NCBI RefSeq assembly: GCF_044704955.1
Contig: NC_091999.1
Span: forward strand, 54,870,001 to 54,934,000
Length of the DNA stretch: 64,000 nt
Direction: 5' to 3'
From: Pristiophorus japonicus
Taxonomy: Eukaryota
Within the stretch, counting starts at the first letter, position 1. The number at the start of each line of letters is the position of its first letter. Position numbers and translations under genes: made by a program. Under the pieces are notes generated by a model. That model worked only from the letters and a program-made list of their open reading frames with translations. It had not been told where the DNA came from and did not search any database. Positions 1 through 12,485 of this stretch are shown here, piece after piece.

Positions 1-567
1 CGGAGCTTCAATTTACCATTTCATCCGAAAGTCAACAGTTTCAACAATGCAAAATTCCCCAAATGCTGCAGTTGAGTGTTAGCCAAGATTATATGCTCAA
101 GTCTCAGGAGTGCGACTTGAACACACAAACTCCTGATTCAGTCAAGAATGCTGCCACTGAACCAAAGCTGAGACAAAAGTTCACAGCCATATTACTTTCC
201 CCAAGTCTTTTTTTTAAGTTCCAGGACATACCAAATTCATGGTGATGATTTCCACAGACAGTTGCACATACACATAGACATTTTTACAGATAGACAGACA
301 CAGAGACATACACACAAAAATTTACACGCACCAACGGACATGCAAAGATGCCTTAGACATCTCGAGGGATAGACAGGCTGAATCACTGTCGCAACTTTGG
401 CTGATTTTTGCGATTTTCTCGCCGTATGTATCGTGAATATTGCAGATTAATGAAAGAAAGAAAATAGCGGCGGCATTGAAAGGTGTGGGACGTTGTTCCG
501 TCTATCTCAGAATCAGTTTTGCAGGGACCTGGTTAAATTGTCAAACAGAATGAAATATGCTGAGAAA

Positions 568-648
568 CGGAGTCGGCAGGATTCAAATCTATGCGGGGAT
601 TCCGAATGGATTTTTAGTATATGGCCTTAACCAATGGGCCACGACTAC
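568..648 (-). pseudogene. tRNA-Ser pseudogene (anticodon mutated to AAA; A and B boxes damaged)
   Basis: Reverse complement aligns to vertebrate tRNA-Ser (GTAGTCGTGGCC...CCTGCCGACT.CG). The T-loop reads ATTTGAATCC instead of GTTCGAATCC. Confidence 0.85.
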
Positions 649-855
649 TGGCTCGCCGCCTTTTTAAATGTTACTCAGTTAAAACTCAACCATCCATCTC
701 TGTGCAGCAGACGGCCACAGAATAGTGAAAAAGTCACCGTTTGCTAAAAATCTGGAAGAGGCTGTATTTCTGCTGCTCTATATTGCCCTGGAACTTTTTA
801 ATATGAATCGATACCAAGAAACAGAAGCAAAATTCTGCCTTTTGTAAAATGCAGC

Positions 856-926
856 CTCCCCGTTAGGGAATTGAACCGTGGTCTCCCGTGTGACAGGCGG
901 GGATATTCACCACTTTTCCACGAGAA
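856..926 (-). pseudogene. tRNA-Asp(GTC) pseudogene
   Basis: Aligns to vertebrate tRNA-Asp (..TATCCCCGCCTGTCAC.CGGGAGACC..GGTTC.ATTCCC..ACGGGGAG) with a degraded D-arm/acceptor stem. Confidence 0.85.
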
Positions 927-2133
927 ATTGATGCGCATGGGTTTTGTCAAAGCAATATTCGAGCTGTGAATAGAACTGGATACCATTAGAAGTCGACAGA
1001 CACATTGCGAGACAGAGACAAACCGACAAACAGGGAGAGACAGACAGCGAGATCGAGACAATGAGAGACAGCAAGTGTGAGACTGAAAACGAGAGGCAGA
1101 CTGAGTGAGAAAAAGACTCTGAAACACATACATCTAAAGAGATCTGTGTGTGTGATCTATAAAGAGAAAGAGGGAAAGATTGAGAGAAAGACAATCATAA
1201 AGAAAGTGACAAGGAGAGAGACAGATGGAGAAAGAGAGCGACAGATAGACAGAGAGACAAAGAAATAAAAAGAAAATGTTGGAAATTCTCAGCAGGTTAG
1301 AGACAGGAAGTACCAGCGACAGGCAAAGAGAGACAGGCAGGCAGAGACATAGATAGACAGAGATGATGGGAAAGAGTGAGACAGTCAGACAGATACTGAG
1401 AGAATCCCATTGGAACACAACAGGACATCGTGAGAAAGAGACAGGCACATTGAGAGACAGTGACAAACAGCAAAACAGGGAGAAACTGACAGCGAGGTAG
1501 AGACAGAGAGAGACAGAAAGTTTGAGACTGAGAGTTAGGGTCAGACTGAGTGAGGCAAAGACTCAAACACATACATATACAGAGATGTGTTTGTGTGATT
1601 TATAAAGAGAGGGAGGGAAAGAGTGAGAGAAAGACAGGGACACGGAGAGAGACAAAGAGGGAGACAGATAGAGAGAAAGATAAATAGAGAGAGAGAGACA
1701 TCGAGACAACAACAGAAAATGATGGAAATACTCATCAGGTTAGAGACAGGGACGAGCAGAGACAGGCAAAGACAGAGATGATGGAAAAGAACGAGACAGT
1801 CAGACAGAGAGTATGACAGAATCCCATTGGAACAGAACTGGATACCGTGTGAAGGAGACAGATTGAGAGACAGAGACAAACAGAGAAACAGGGACAGACA
1901 GAGTGAATCAGAGAGAGGCAGACTGAGAGAGACAAAGACTCAAACACACAAATATATATACAGCTCTCTAAAGACAGAGCGAGAGGCAGAGACTGAGCGA
2001 TACAGATACATTTCACAATTTCATTTCATTATCTGCTCAGATTGTCACCGAGCTGCAGAAAAATGCAAATGCAACAGATGAAAATCAGTTATCACTGAGC
2101 AGAATGGGAGAAATCACTGTTTAATTAAGTAAT

Positions 2134-2216
2134 TACCAGGAGTGGGGTTCGAACCCACGCGGGTATAAACCCATTGGATCTTAAGCCCAACGCCTTAACC
2201 ACTCGGCCATCCCGGT
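2134..2216 (-). tRNA. TRL-TAA: tRNA-Leu(TAA), apparently intact
   Basis: ACCGGGATGGCCGAGTGGTTAAGGCGTTGGGCTTAAGATCCAATGGGTTTATACCCGCGTGGGTTCGAACCCCACTCCTGGTA. It forms a full cloverleaf with a long variable arm, intact A/B boxes and A73. Confidence 0.9.
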
Positions 2217-2331
2217 GCCGTCAGCGATTGGATTCTGTCTATGTGAGAATCTGGGCTTCAACTCCACCTCCACAGACACACACAAACACATCGGGTTTCA
2301 GGGAGTATTTGCGAACATTTTTCGGAATATT

Positions 2332-2575
2332 GACACGGGGGCAACTCTCCGATTCTTTTTCGAGTAATGCTCTGGGACCTCTTACAACCACCCGAGTGCG
2401 TAGACGGAGCTTCAATTTAACATTTCATCCGAAAGTCAACAGTTTCAACAGTGCAAAATTCCCCAAATGCTGCAGTTGAGTGTTAGCCAAGATTATATGC
2501 TCAAGTCTCAGGAGTGCGACTTGAACACACAAACTCCTGATTCAGTCAAGAATGTTGCCACTGAACCAAAGCTGA
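2332..2575 (-). mobile_element. 3'-truncated tRNA-derived DeuSINE (SacSINE1-like), amplified as part of the array unit (other copies ~1-171, 4290-4533, 6674-6917, 7736-7945, 10244-10490, 12600-12844, 16270-16500)
   Basis: The - strand has a tRNA-like head (GGTTCAGTGG..GTTCAAGTC.CACTCC.GAGACTTGAGCA) and body (TTTCGGATGAAATGTTAAA), homologous to the full-length SINE at 53287-53725. Confidence 0.8.
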
Positions 2576-2969
2576 GACAAAAGTTCACAGCCAATATACT
2601 TTCCCAATTCTTTTTTTTATGTTACAGGACATACCAAATTCATGGTGATGATTTCCACAGACAGTTGCACATACACATAGACATTTTTACAGATAGACAG
2701 ACACAGAGACACACACACAAAAATTTACACGCACCAACGGACATGCACAGATGCCTTAGACATCTCGAGGGATAGACAGGCTGAATCACTGTCGCAACTT
2801 TGGCTGATTTTGCGATTTTCTATCCGTATGTATCGTGAATATTGCAGATTAATGAAAGAAAGAAAATAGCGGCGGCATTGAAAGGTGTGGGACGTTGTTC
2901 CGTCTATCTCAGAATCAGTTTTGCAGGGACCCGGTTAAATTGTCAAACAGAATGAAGTATGCTGAGAAA

Positions 2970-3051
2970 CGGAGTCGGCAGGATTCAAATCTATGCAGGG
3001 AAACCCGAATGGATTTTTAGCCTATGGCCTTAACCAATGGGCCACGACTAC
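2970..3051 (-). pseudogene. tRNA-Ser pseudogene (AAA anticodon)
   Basis: Near-identical to the 568-648 copy, with the same box lesions. Confidence 0.85.
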
Positions 3052-3258
3052 TGGCTCGCTGACTTTTTTAATGTTACTCAGTTAAAACTCAACCATCCAT
3101 CTATGTGCAGCAGACGGCCACAGAATAGTGAAAAAGTCACCGTTTGCTAAAAATCTGGAAGAGGCTGTATTTTTGCTGCTCTATATTGCTCTGGAACATT
3201 TTAATATGAATCTATACCAAGAAACAGAAGCAAAATTCTGCCTTTTGTAAAATGCAGC

Positions 3259-3329
3259 CTCCCCATTAGGGAAATGAACCGTGGTGTCCCGTGTGAGAGG
3301 CGGGGATATTCACCATTTTCCCACGAGGA
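3259..3329 (-). pseudogene. tRNA-Asp pseudogene
   Basis: Homologous to 856-926 and further decayed. Confidence 0.8.
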
Positions 3330-4091
3330 ATTGATGCGCGTGGGTTTTGTCAAAGCAATATTCGAGCTGTGAATAGAACTGGACACCTTGAGAAGTCGAC
3401 AGACACATTGCGAGACAGAGACAAACCGACAAACAGGGAGAGACAGACAGCGAGGTAGAGACAGAGAGAGACAGAAAGTATGAGACTGAGAGTTAGGGTC
3501 AGACTGAGTGAGGCAAAGTCTCAAACACATACATATACAGAGATGTGTTTGTGTGATTTATAAAGAGAGGGAGGGAAAGAGTGAGAGAAAGACAGGGACA
3601 AGGAGAGCGACAAAGAGGGAGACAGATCGAGAGAAAGATAAATAGTGAGAGAGAGACATCGAGACAACAACAGAAAATGATGGAAATACTCATCAGGTTA
3701 GAGACAGGGACGAGCAGAGACAGGCAAAGACAGAGATGATGGAAAAGCACGAGACAGTCAGATAGAGAGTATGACAGAATCCCATTGGAACAGAACTGGA
3801 TACCGTGTGAAGGAGACAGATTGAGAGACAGAGACAAACAGAGAAACAGGGACAGACAGAGTGAATCAGAGAGAGGCAGACTGAGAGAGACAAAGACTCA
3901 AACACACAAATATATATACAGCTCTCTAAAGACAGAGCGAGAGGCAGAGACTGAGCGATACAGATACATTTCACAATTTCATTTCATTATCTGCTCAGAT
4001 TGTCACCGAGCTGCAGAAAAATGCAAATGCAACAGATGAAAATCAGTTATCACTGAGCAGAATGGGAGAAATCACTGTTTAATTAAGCAAT

Positions 4092-4174
4092 TACCAGGAG
4101 TGGGGTTCGAACCCACGCGGGTATAAACCCATTGGATCTTAAGCCCAACGCCTTAACCACTCGGCCATCCTGGT
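4092..4174 (-). tRNA. TRL-TAA: tRNA-Leu(TAA), intact
   Basis: Perfect acceptor stem (ACCAGGA...TCCTGGT-A), CT-TAA-GA anticodon loop and GGTTCGAACCC B box. Confidence 0.92.
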
Positions 4175-4929
4175 GCCGTCAGCGATTGGATTCTGTCTAT
4201 GTGAGAATCTGGGCTTCAACTCCACCTCCACAGACACACACAAACACATCGGGTTTCAGGGAGTATTTGCGAACATTTTTCGGAATATTGACACGGGGGC
4301 AACTCTCCTATTCTTTTTCGAGTAATGCTCTGGGACCTCTCACAACCACCCGAGTGCGTAGACGGAGCTTCAATTTACCATTTCATCCGAAAGTCAACAG
4401 TTTCAACAATGCAAAATTCCCCAAATGCTGCAGTTGAGTGTTAGCCAAGATTATATGCTCAAGTCTCAGGAGTGCGACTTGAACACACAAACTCCTGATT
4501 CAGTCAAGAATGCTGCCACTGAACCAAAGCTGAGACAAACGTTCACAGCCATATTACTTTCCCCAAGTCTTTTTTTTAAGTTCCAAGACATACCAAATTC
4601 ATGGTGATGATTTCCACAGACAGTTGCACATACACATAGACATGTTTACAGATAGACAGACACAGAGACATACACACAAAAATTTACACGCACCAACGGA
4701 CATGCAAAGATGCCTTAGACATCTTGAGGGATAGACAGGCTGAATCACTGTCGCAACTTTTGCTGATTTTTGCGATTTTCTATCCGTATGTATAGTGAAT
4801 ATTGCAGATTAATGAAAGAAAGAAAATAGCGGCGGCATTGAAAGGTGTGGGACGTTGTTCCGTCTATCTCAGAATCAGTTTTGCAGGGACCTGGTTAAAT
4901 TGTCAAACAGAATGAAATATGCTGAGAAA

Positions 4930-5010
4930 CGGAGTCGGCAGGATTCAAATCTGTGCGGGGATTCCGAATGGATTTTTAGTCTATGGCCTTAACCAATGGG
5001 CCACGACTAC
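4930..5010 (-). pseudogene. tRNA-Ser pseudogene (AAA anticodon)
   Basis: Same lesions as 568-648. Confidence 0.85.
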
Positions 5011-5217
5011 TGGCTCGCCGCCTTTTTAAATGTTACTCAGTTAAAACTCAACCATCCATCTCTGTGCAGCAGACGGCCACAGAATAGTGAAAAAGTCACC
5101 GTTTGCTAACAATCTGGAAGAGGCTGTATTTCTGCTGCTCTATATTGCCCTGGAACTTTTTAATATGAATCGATACCAAGAAACAGAAGCAAAATTCTGC
5201 CTTTTGTAAAATGCAGC

Positions 5218-5288
5218 CTCCCCGTTAGGGAATTGAACCGTGGTCTCCCGTGTGACAGGCGGGGATATTCACCACTTTCCCACGAGAA
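5218..5288 (-). pseudogene. tRNA-Asp(GTC) pseudogene
   Basis: Near-identical to 856-926. Confidence 0.85.
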
Positions 5289-6476
5289 ATTGATGCGCAT
5301 GAGTTTTGTCAAAGCAATATTCGAGCTGTGAATAGAACTGGATACCATTAGAAGTCGACAGACACATTGCGAGACAGAGACAAACCGACAAACAGGGAGA
5401 GACAGACAGCGAGATCGAGACAATGAGAGACAGCAAGTGTGAGACTGAAAACGAGAGGCAGACTGAGTGAGAAAAAGACTCTGAAACACATACATCTAAA
5501 GAGATCTGTGTGTGTGATCTATAAAGAGAAAGAGGGAAAGATTGAGAGAAAGACAATCATAAAGAAAGTGACAAGGAGAGAGACAGATGGAGAAAGAGAG
5601 CGACAGATAGACAGAGAGACAAAGAAATAAAAAGAAAATGTTGGAAATTCTCAGCAGGTTAGAGACAGGAAGTACCAGCGACAGGCAAAGAGAGACAGGC
5701 AGGCAGAGACATAGATAGACAGAGATGATGGGAAAGAGTGAATCAGTCAGACAGAGACTGAGAGAATCCCATTGGAACACAACTGGACACCGTGAGAAAG
5801 AGACAGGCACATTGAGAGACAGAGAGGCAAACAGCAAAACAGGGAGAAACTGACAGCGAGGTAGAGACAGAGAGAGACAGAAAGTTTGAGACTGAGAGTT
5901 AGGGTCAGACTGAGTGAGGCAAAGACTCAAACACATACATATACAGAGATGTGTTTGTGTGATTTATAAAGAGAGGGAGGGAAAGAGTGAGAGAAAGACA
6001 GGGACAAGGAGAGAGACAAAGAGGGAGACAGATAGAGAGAAAATAAATAGAGAGAGAGAGACATCGAGACAAAAACAGAAAATGATGGAAATACTCAACA
6101 GGGACGAGCAGAGACAGGCAAAGACATAGATGATGGGAAAGAACGAGACAGTCAGACAGTTGGAACAGAACTGGATCCTGTGTGAAGGAGACAGATTGAG
6201 AGACAGAGACAGAGACAAACAGAGAAACAGGGACAGACAGACAGAGTGAATCAGAGAGAGGCATACTGAGAGAGACAAAAACTCAAACACACAAATACAT
6301 ATACAGCTCTCTAAAGACAGAGCGAGAGGCAGAGACTGAGCGATACAGATACATTTCACAATTTCATTTCATTATCTGCTCAGATTGTCACCGAGCTACA
6401 GAAAAATGCAAATGCAACAGATGAAAATCAGTTATCACTGAGCAGAATGGGAGAAATCACTGTTTAATTAAGTAAT

Positions 6477-6558
6477 TACCAGGAGTGGGGTTCAAACCCA
6501 CGCAGGTATAAACCCATTGGATCTTAAGCCCAACGCCTTAACCATCGGCCAACCTGGT
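6477..6558 (-). pseudogene. tRNA-Leu(TAA) probable pseudogene
   Basis: The B box reads GGTTTGAA and there is a 1-nt deletion in the D-loop relative to the 4092 copy. Confidence 0.8.
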
Positions 6559-7313
6559 GCTGTCAGCTATTGGATTCTGTCTATGTGAGAATCTGGGCTT
6601 CAACTCCACCTCCACAGACACACACAAACACATCGGGTTTCAGGGAGCATTTCCGAACATTTTTCGGAATATTGACACGGGGGCAACTCTCCTATTCTTT
6701 TTCGAGTAATGCTCTGGGACATCTCACAACCACCTGAGTGCGCAGACGGAGCTTCAATTTAACATTTCATCCGAAAGTCAACAGTTTCAACAATGCAAAA
6801 TTCCCCAAATGCTGCAGTTGAGTGTTAGCCAAGATTATATGCTCAAGTCTCAGGAGTGCGACTTGAACACAAAAACTCATGATTCAGTGAAGAATGCTGC
6901 CACTGAACCAAAGCTGAGACAAAAGTTCACAGCCATATTACTTTCCCAAGTCTTTTTTTTAAGTTCCAGGACATACCAAATTCATGGTGATGATTTCCAC
7001 AGACAGTTGCACATACACATAGACATTTTTTACAGATAGACAGACACAGAGACACACACACAAAAATTTACAAGCACCAACGGACATGCACAGATGCCTT
7101 AGACATCTCGAGGGATAGACAGGCTGAATCCCTGTCGCAACTTTGGCTGATTTTTGCGATTTTCTATCCGTATGTATCGTGAATATTGCAGATTAATGAA
7201 AGAAAGAAAATAGCGGCAGCATTGAAAGGTGTGGGATGTTGTTCCGTCTATCTCAGAATCAGTTTTGCAGGGATCTGGTTAAATTGTCAAACAGAATGAA
7301 CTATGCTGAGAAA

Positions 7314-7395
7314 CGGAGTCGGCAGGATTCAAATCTATGCGGGGAAACCCGAATGGATTTTTAGTCTATGGCCTTAACCAATGGGCCACGACTAC
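7314..7395 (-). pseudogene. tRNA-Ser pseudogene (AAA anticodon)
   Basis: Same lesions as 568-648. Confidence 0.85.
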
Positions 7396-7602
7396 TGGCT
7401 CGCTGCCTTTTTAAATGTTACTCAGTTAAAACTCAACCATCCATCTCTGTGCAGCAGACGGCCACAGAATAGTGAAAAAGTCACCGTTTGCTAAAAATCT
7501 GGAAGTGGCTGTATTTTTGCTGCTCTATATTGCTCTGGAACTTTTTAATATGAATCTATACCAAGAAACAGAAGCAAGATTCTGCCTTTTGTAAAATGCA
7601 GC

Positions 7603-7673
7603 CTCCCCGTTAGGGAATTGAACCGTGGTCTCCCGTGTGACAGGCGGGGATATTCACGACTTTCCCACGAGGA
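7603..7673 (-). pseudogene. tRNA-Asp(GTC) pseudogene
   Basis: Homologous to 856-926. Confidence 0.85.
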
Positions 7674-8117
7674 ATTGATGCGCATGGGTTTTGTCAAAGC
7701 AATATTCGAGCTCTGAATAGAACTGGACACCATGAGAATGCTATGGGACCTTTCACATCCACCCGAGTGTGCAGATGAAGCTTCAATTTAACATTTCATC
7801 GGAATGTGAACAGCTTCAACAATGCAAAATTCCCCAAGCACTGCATTTGAGTGTCAGCCAAGATGACGTGCTCAAGTCTCAGGAGTGCGACTGACACACA
7901 CTACCTCCTGATTCAGTCGAGAATGGAGCCACTGAAAAAAAGCCGATACCAAAGATCACAACCGTATTATTTTCCCGAAGCTTTTTAAAATTTCCAGGAC
8001 GCACCAAATTCATGGTGATGATTTCCATAGACAGTTGCACATACACAGAGACATGCATACAGACAGACATACACAGACACACACACACACAATAACCAAA
8101 AATATACACGCATCAAC

Positions 8118-8812
8118 ATAGAAACATAGAAACAAATAAATTAGTTGCAGGAGTAGGCCATTCGGCCCTTCGAGCCTGCACCATCATTCAATAAGATCAT
8201 GGCTGATCATTCAACCTCAGTACCCCTTTCCTGCTTTCTCTCCATACCCCTTGATCACTTTAGCCGTAAGGGCCATATCTAACTCCGTTTTGAATATATC
8301 TAACGATCTGGCCTCAACAACTTTCTGCGGTAGAGAATGCCAGAGTGAAGAAGTTTCTCCTCATTTCGGTCCTAAATACCTTACCACTTAATCTTACACT
8401 GTCACCCTTGGTTCTCGAATTCCACAGCAATGGGAACATTCTACCCGCCTCTAACCTGTCCAATCTCGTCAGAATTTTATATATTTCTATGGGAGCGCCT
8501 CTCATTCTTCTAAACTCCAGTGGATACCAGCCCAGTTGATCCAGTCTCTCCTCATATGTCAGTCCTGCCATCCCGGGAATCAAGCTGGCGAATCTTCGCT
8601 GTACTCCCTCAATAGCAAGGACGTCCTTCCTCAGATTGTGAGAACAAAACTAAACACAATATTCCAGGTGTGACCCCACCAAGGCTCTGTACAACTGCAG
8701 TCAGACCTCCCTGCTCCTGTACTCAAATCACCCAGCTATGAAGGCGAACATGCCATTTGCCTGCTTCACCTGCGTGCCAACTTTCACTGACTGATGTACC
8801 ATGACACCCAGA
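8118..8812 (-). mobile_element. 5'-truncated CR1 LINE (3' end of ORF2 plus UTR) inserted in the tRNA array
   Basis: ORF 8314-8583 (LEFRRMRG..IEIYKIL..FRTEMRRNFF) is the CR1 RT C-terminus. There is a (GTTTCTAT)n 3' tail at ~8118-8133. Confidence 0.9.
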
Positions 8813-8963
8813 TCAAGATATACACAGAGTGCCTTATACAAATAGATGGATCGACAGGCAGGTTCACTGTCGCTACTTTGGCTGCCTTTTGTTCCATCTA
8901 TCTCAGAATCAGTTTTGCATGAACCTGGTTAAATTATCAAACAGAATGAAATATGCTGAGAAA

Positions 8964-9045
8964 CGCAGTCGGCCGGAATCAAATCTGCACGGGGAAACCC
9001 CAATGGATTTTCAGTCCATCGTCTTAACCACTCGGCCACAACGAC
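8964..9045 (-). pseudogene. tRNA-Ser pseudogene (anticodon loop CT-GAA-AA)
   Basis: Ser-type anticodon stem and variable arm (GGGG-TTT-CCCC) are intact; the T-arm is broken. Confidence 0.8.
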
Positions 9046-9264
9046 TGGTCCGCTGCCTCTTTAAATGTTACTCAGATAAAACTCAGTCATCCATTTCTGT
9101 GCAGCAGACGGCCACAGAATCCTGAAACAGTCTCCGTTTGCTAAAAATCTGGAAGTAGCAATCTGATCTTGCTGTATTTTTAATGTTCTATATACTCTGG
9201 AACTTTTCAACATGAGTCGATACCAAGAAACAAAAGTAAAACTTTGTATATTTGAAACAACTGC

Positions 9265-9336
9265 CTCCTCGTCGGCGAATTGAACCCCAGTCTCCCGCAT
9301 GACACGCAGGGATACTCACCACTATACTAACGAGGA
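9265..9336 (-). tRNA. TRD-GTC: tRNA-Asp(GTC), best-preserved copy (T-stem mismatches; may be a pseudogene)
   Basis: TCCTCGTTAGTATAGTGGTGAGTATCCCTGCGTGTCATGCGGGAGACTGGGGTTCAATTCGCCGACGAGGAG. Confidence 0.65.
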
Positions 9337-10048
9337 ACTGACAGATATTGGCTCTGGAATCGAGATGTGAACAGAACTGGACACCATGAGAAGCCGACCG
9401 TCGTATTGAGAGACAGAGACAAACCGACAAACAGGGAGAGACAGACAACGAGATAGAGACAACGAGAGACAGAAATTATGAGTCTGAGGCAGACTGAGTG
9501 AGAAAAAGACTCAAATACAAACATATACAGAGATGTGTGTGTGTGATTTATAAAGAAAGAGAGGGAAAGAGTGAGAGAAATACAATGATAAAGACAGTGA
9601 CAAGGAGAGAGACAGATAGCGAGAGAGAGATAGAGACAAAAAATGAAAATGATTGAAATACTTCTCAGGTTAGAGACAGGGACGAACAGAGGCAGGCAAA
9701 GACATGGTCAGACAGAAATGATGGGAAAGAGAGAGCCAGTCAGACAAAGAGTCTGAGAGAATCCCATTGGGACATACGTGGACACCGTGAGAAAGAGACA
9801 GATTGAGAGACAGAGACAAATCGAGAAACAGGGACAGATAGATTGAGACAAAGACTCAAACATACAAACGCATACACAGCTCTCGAAAGAGAGAGAGAGG
9901 CAGAGACCGAGCGACACAGATACATTTCACAATTTCATTTCATTATCGGCTCAGAGTGTCACATAGGTACAGAAAATTGCAGATTCAACAGATGAAAATC
10001 CGGTATCACTGATCGGAATGGGAGGAAATCCGTGTTAAATTAAAGAGA

Positions 10049-10130
10049 TACCAGGAGTGGGGTACAAACCCACGCGGGAAATGTCCATTGAATTTTAAAG
10101 CCACCGCCTTAACCACGCGGCCATCCTGGT
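10049..10130 (-). pseudogene. tRNA-Leu pseudogene
   Basis: Acceptor stem is retained; T-loop and anticodon stem are mutated. Confidence 0.8.
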
Positions 10131-10824
10131 CCTGTCACAATCTGGATTCTGTCTCTGCGAGAATCTGGATTCAACCCCACTCCCACAGACACACACATAC
10201 ACATCGTTTTTCAGTGAGCATTTACGAACATTTTTAGTAATATTGACACGGGGGCAACTCTCCTATTCTTTTTCGAGTAATGCTCTGGGATGTTTCACAT
10301 CCATACGAGGGTGCAGACGGAGCTTCAATTTAACATTTCATCCGAACGTCAACAGCTTCAACAATGCAAAATTCCCCAAGTGCTGCACTAGAGTGTTAGC
10401 CAAGATTATATGCTTAAGTCTCAGGAGTGGGAATTGAACACACATACTCCTGATTCAGTCGAGACTGCTGCCACTGCAACAAAGCCGATACCAAAGTTCA
10501 CAACAGTATTATTTTTCCCAATTCTTTTTTATAAGTTCCAGGACATACCAAATTCATGGTGGTGATTTCCACAGACAGTTACACGCACCAACGGAGATGC
10601 ACCGATGCCTTAGACATATAGAAGGATAGGCAGTCTGAATCACTGTATAAACTTTGACAGCTTTTTGAGTTTTTCTATCCGTATGTATCTTTAATATTGC
10701 AGATTAATAAATATCAGAAAGAGATGTCAGTGTTGAAAGGTGTGGGATGTTATTCCACCTATCTCAGGATCAGTTTTGTAGAGACATGGTTAAATTGTGA
10801 AATGCAATGAAAAATGCTGGGTAT

Positions 10825-10906
10825 CGAAGTCTGCAGGATTCGAACCTGCATGGGGAAAACTCAATGGATTTCGAGTTCATCGCCTTAACCACTCGGCCAC
10901 GACTAA
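10825..10906 (-). pseudogene. tRNA-Ser(CGA)-like, degenerate
   Basis: A and B boxes are intact and the loop reads CT-CGA-AA, but the acceptor and anticodon stems have mismatches. Confidence 0.75.
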
Positions 10907-11125
10907 TGCATTTCTGCCTCCTTGAACGTTACGCAGAAACAACTCAGTCATCCATCTCTGTGCAGCAGACGGCCAAAGAATCATGAAAAAGTCTCCGTTT
11001 GCTCAAAATCAGGAAGAGGCAATCTCCTCTACCTGTATTTTTACAGTTCTATATTGCTCTGGAACTTTTTAATATGAATCTCTTCCAAGAAACAGAAGTA
11101 AAATTCAACATTTTGAAACAACTGC

Positions 11126-11196
11126 CTCCCCGTCGGGGAATTGATCCCCGGACTCCTCATGACAGGCGGGGATACTCACCACTTTACAAACGAGAA
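11126..11196 (-). pseudogene. tRNA-Asp(GTC) pseudogene
   Basis: Aligns to tRNA-Asp; the B box reads GGATCAATTCC. Confidence 0.8.
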
Positions 11197-12402
11197 ACTG
11201 ACGAGCATCAGTTCTGTCAGAGCAGGAATCGAGTTGTGAATAGAATTGGACACCATGAAAAGTCGACAGACACATTGAGAGACAGAGGAAAACGACAAAC
11301 AGGGAGAGACAGACAGCGAGATAGAGACAACGAGAGACAGAAAGTGTGAGACTGAGAAGGAGAGGCAGACTGAGTGAGAAAAAGACTCAAACACATATAT
11401 ATACAGAGGTCTGTGTGTGTGATCTATTAAGAGAGAGAGGGATAGAATGAGAGAAAGACAATGATAAATACAGTGACAAGGAGAGATACAGATAGAGAGA
11501 GAGAGATAGAGACAAAAGCAGAAAATGATGGAAACTCTTATCAGGTTAGAGACAGGGACTAACAGAGACAGACAAAGAGAGACAGACAGGCAGAGACATA
11601 GACAGACAGAGATGATGGGAAAGAGTGAGACAGTCAGAAAGAGAGACTGAGAGAATCCGATTGGAACAGAACTGGACACCGTGAGAAAGAGAGAGACACA
11701 TTGAGAAACAGAGACAAACAGGGAAACAGGGAGTGACAGAAAGTGAGATAGAGACAGAGAGAGACAGAAAGTTTGAGACTGAGACGGAGGGTCAGACTGA
11801 GTGAGACAAAGACTTGAAAACATACATACACAGAGATGTGTTTGCGTGCTCCAAAAAGAGAGGGAGGCAAATAGTGATGGAATGAAAAGAAAAAGCCAGG
11901 GACAAAGAGAGAGACAAAGAGGGAGACAGATAGAGAAAAAGACAGATAGAGAGAGAGACAAAGAGGCAAAAACAGAAAATGATGGAAATACTCATCAGGT
12001 TAGAGGCAGGGAGTAATAGAGACAGGCAAAGACATGGACAGACAGAGATGATGGAAAGAGAGAGACAGTCAGACAGATAGTCTGAGAGAATCCCTTTGGA
12101 ACAGAACTTGACACCGTGAGAAAGAGACAGATTGAGAGACAGAGACAAACAAAGTAAAAGGGACAGACAGAGTGAATCAGAGAGAGGCAGACTGAGAGAG
12201 ACAAAGATTCAAATACACAAACACATACACAGCTCTCTAAAGGGAGAGAGAGGCAGAGACTTAGCGACACAGATACATTGCACAATTTCATTTCATTATC
12301 TGCTCAGAGTGTCACCGAGTTACAGAAAAATGCAAATGCAACAGATGAAATTCGGGTATCACTGAGCAGGATGGGAAAACAATCTTTGTTTAATTAAGCA
12401 AT

Positions 12403-12485
12403 CACCAGGACTGGGATACGAACCCACGAGCGTAAAAACCCATTGGATCACCAGCCCAACGCCTTAACCACTCGGCCATCCTGGT
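12403..12485 (-). pseudogene. tRNA-Leu-derived pseudogene (anticodon GGT, G73, internal T5)
   Basis: Leu body with a CT-GGT-GA loop, TTTTT in the variable arm and T-loop TTCGTAT. Confidence 0.8.

Noticed and set aside
798-12365. Many Ser/Leu/Cys-rich or Arg/Glu-rich ORFs (up to 261 aa)
   Set aside because: They are translations of the AG/CT low-complexity spacer of the tRNA array, with no domain structure.
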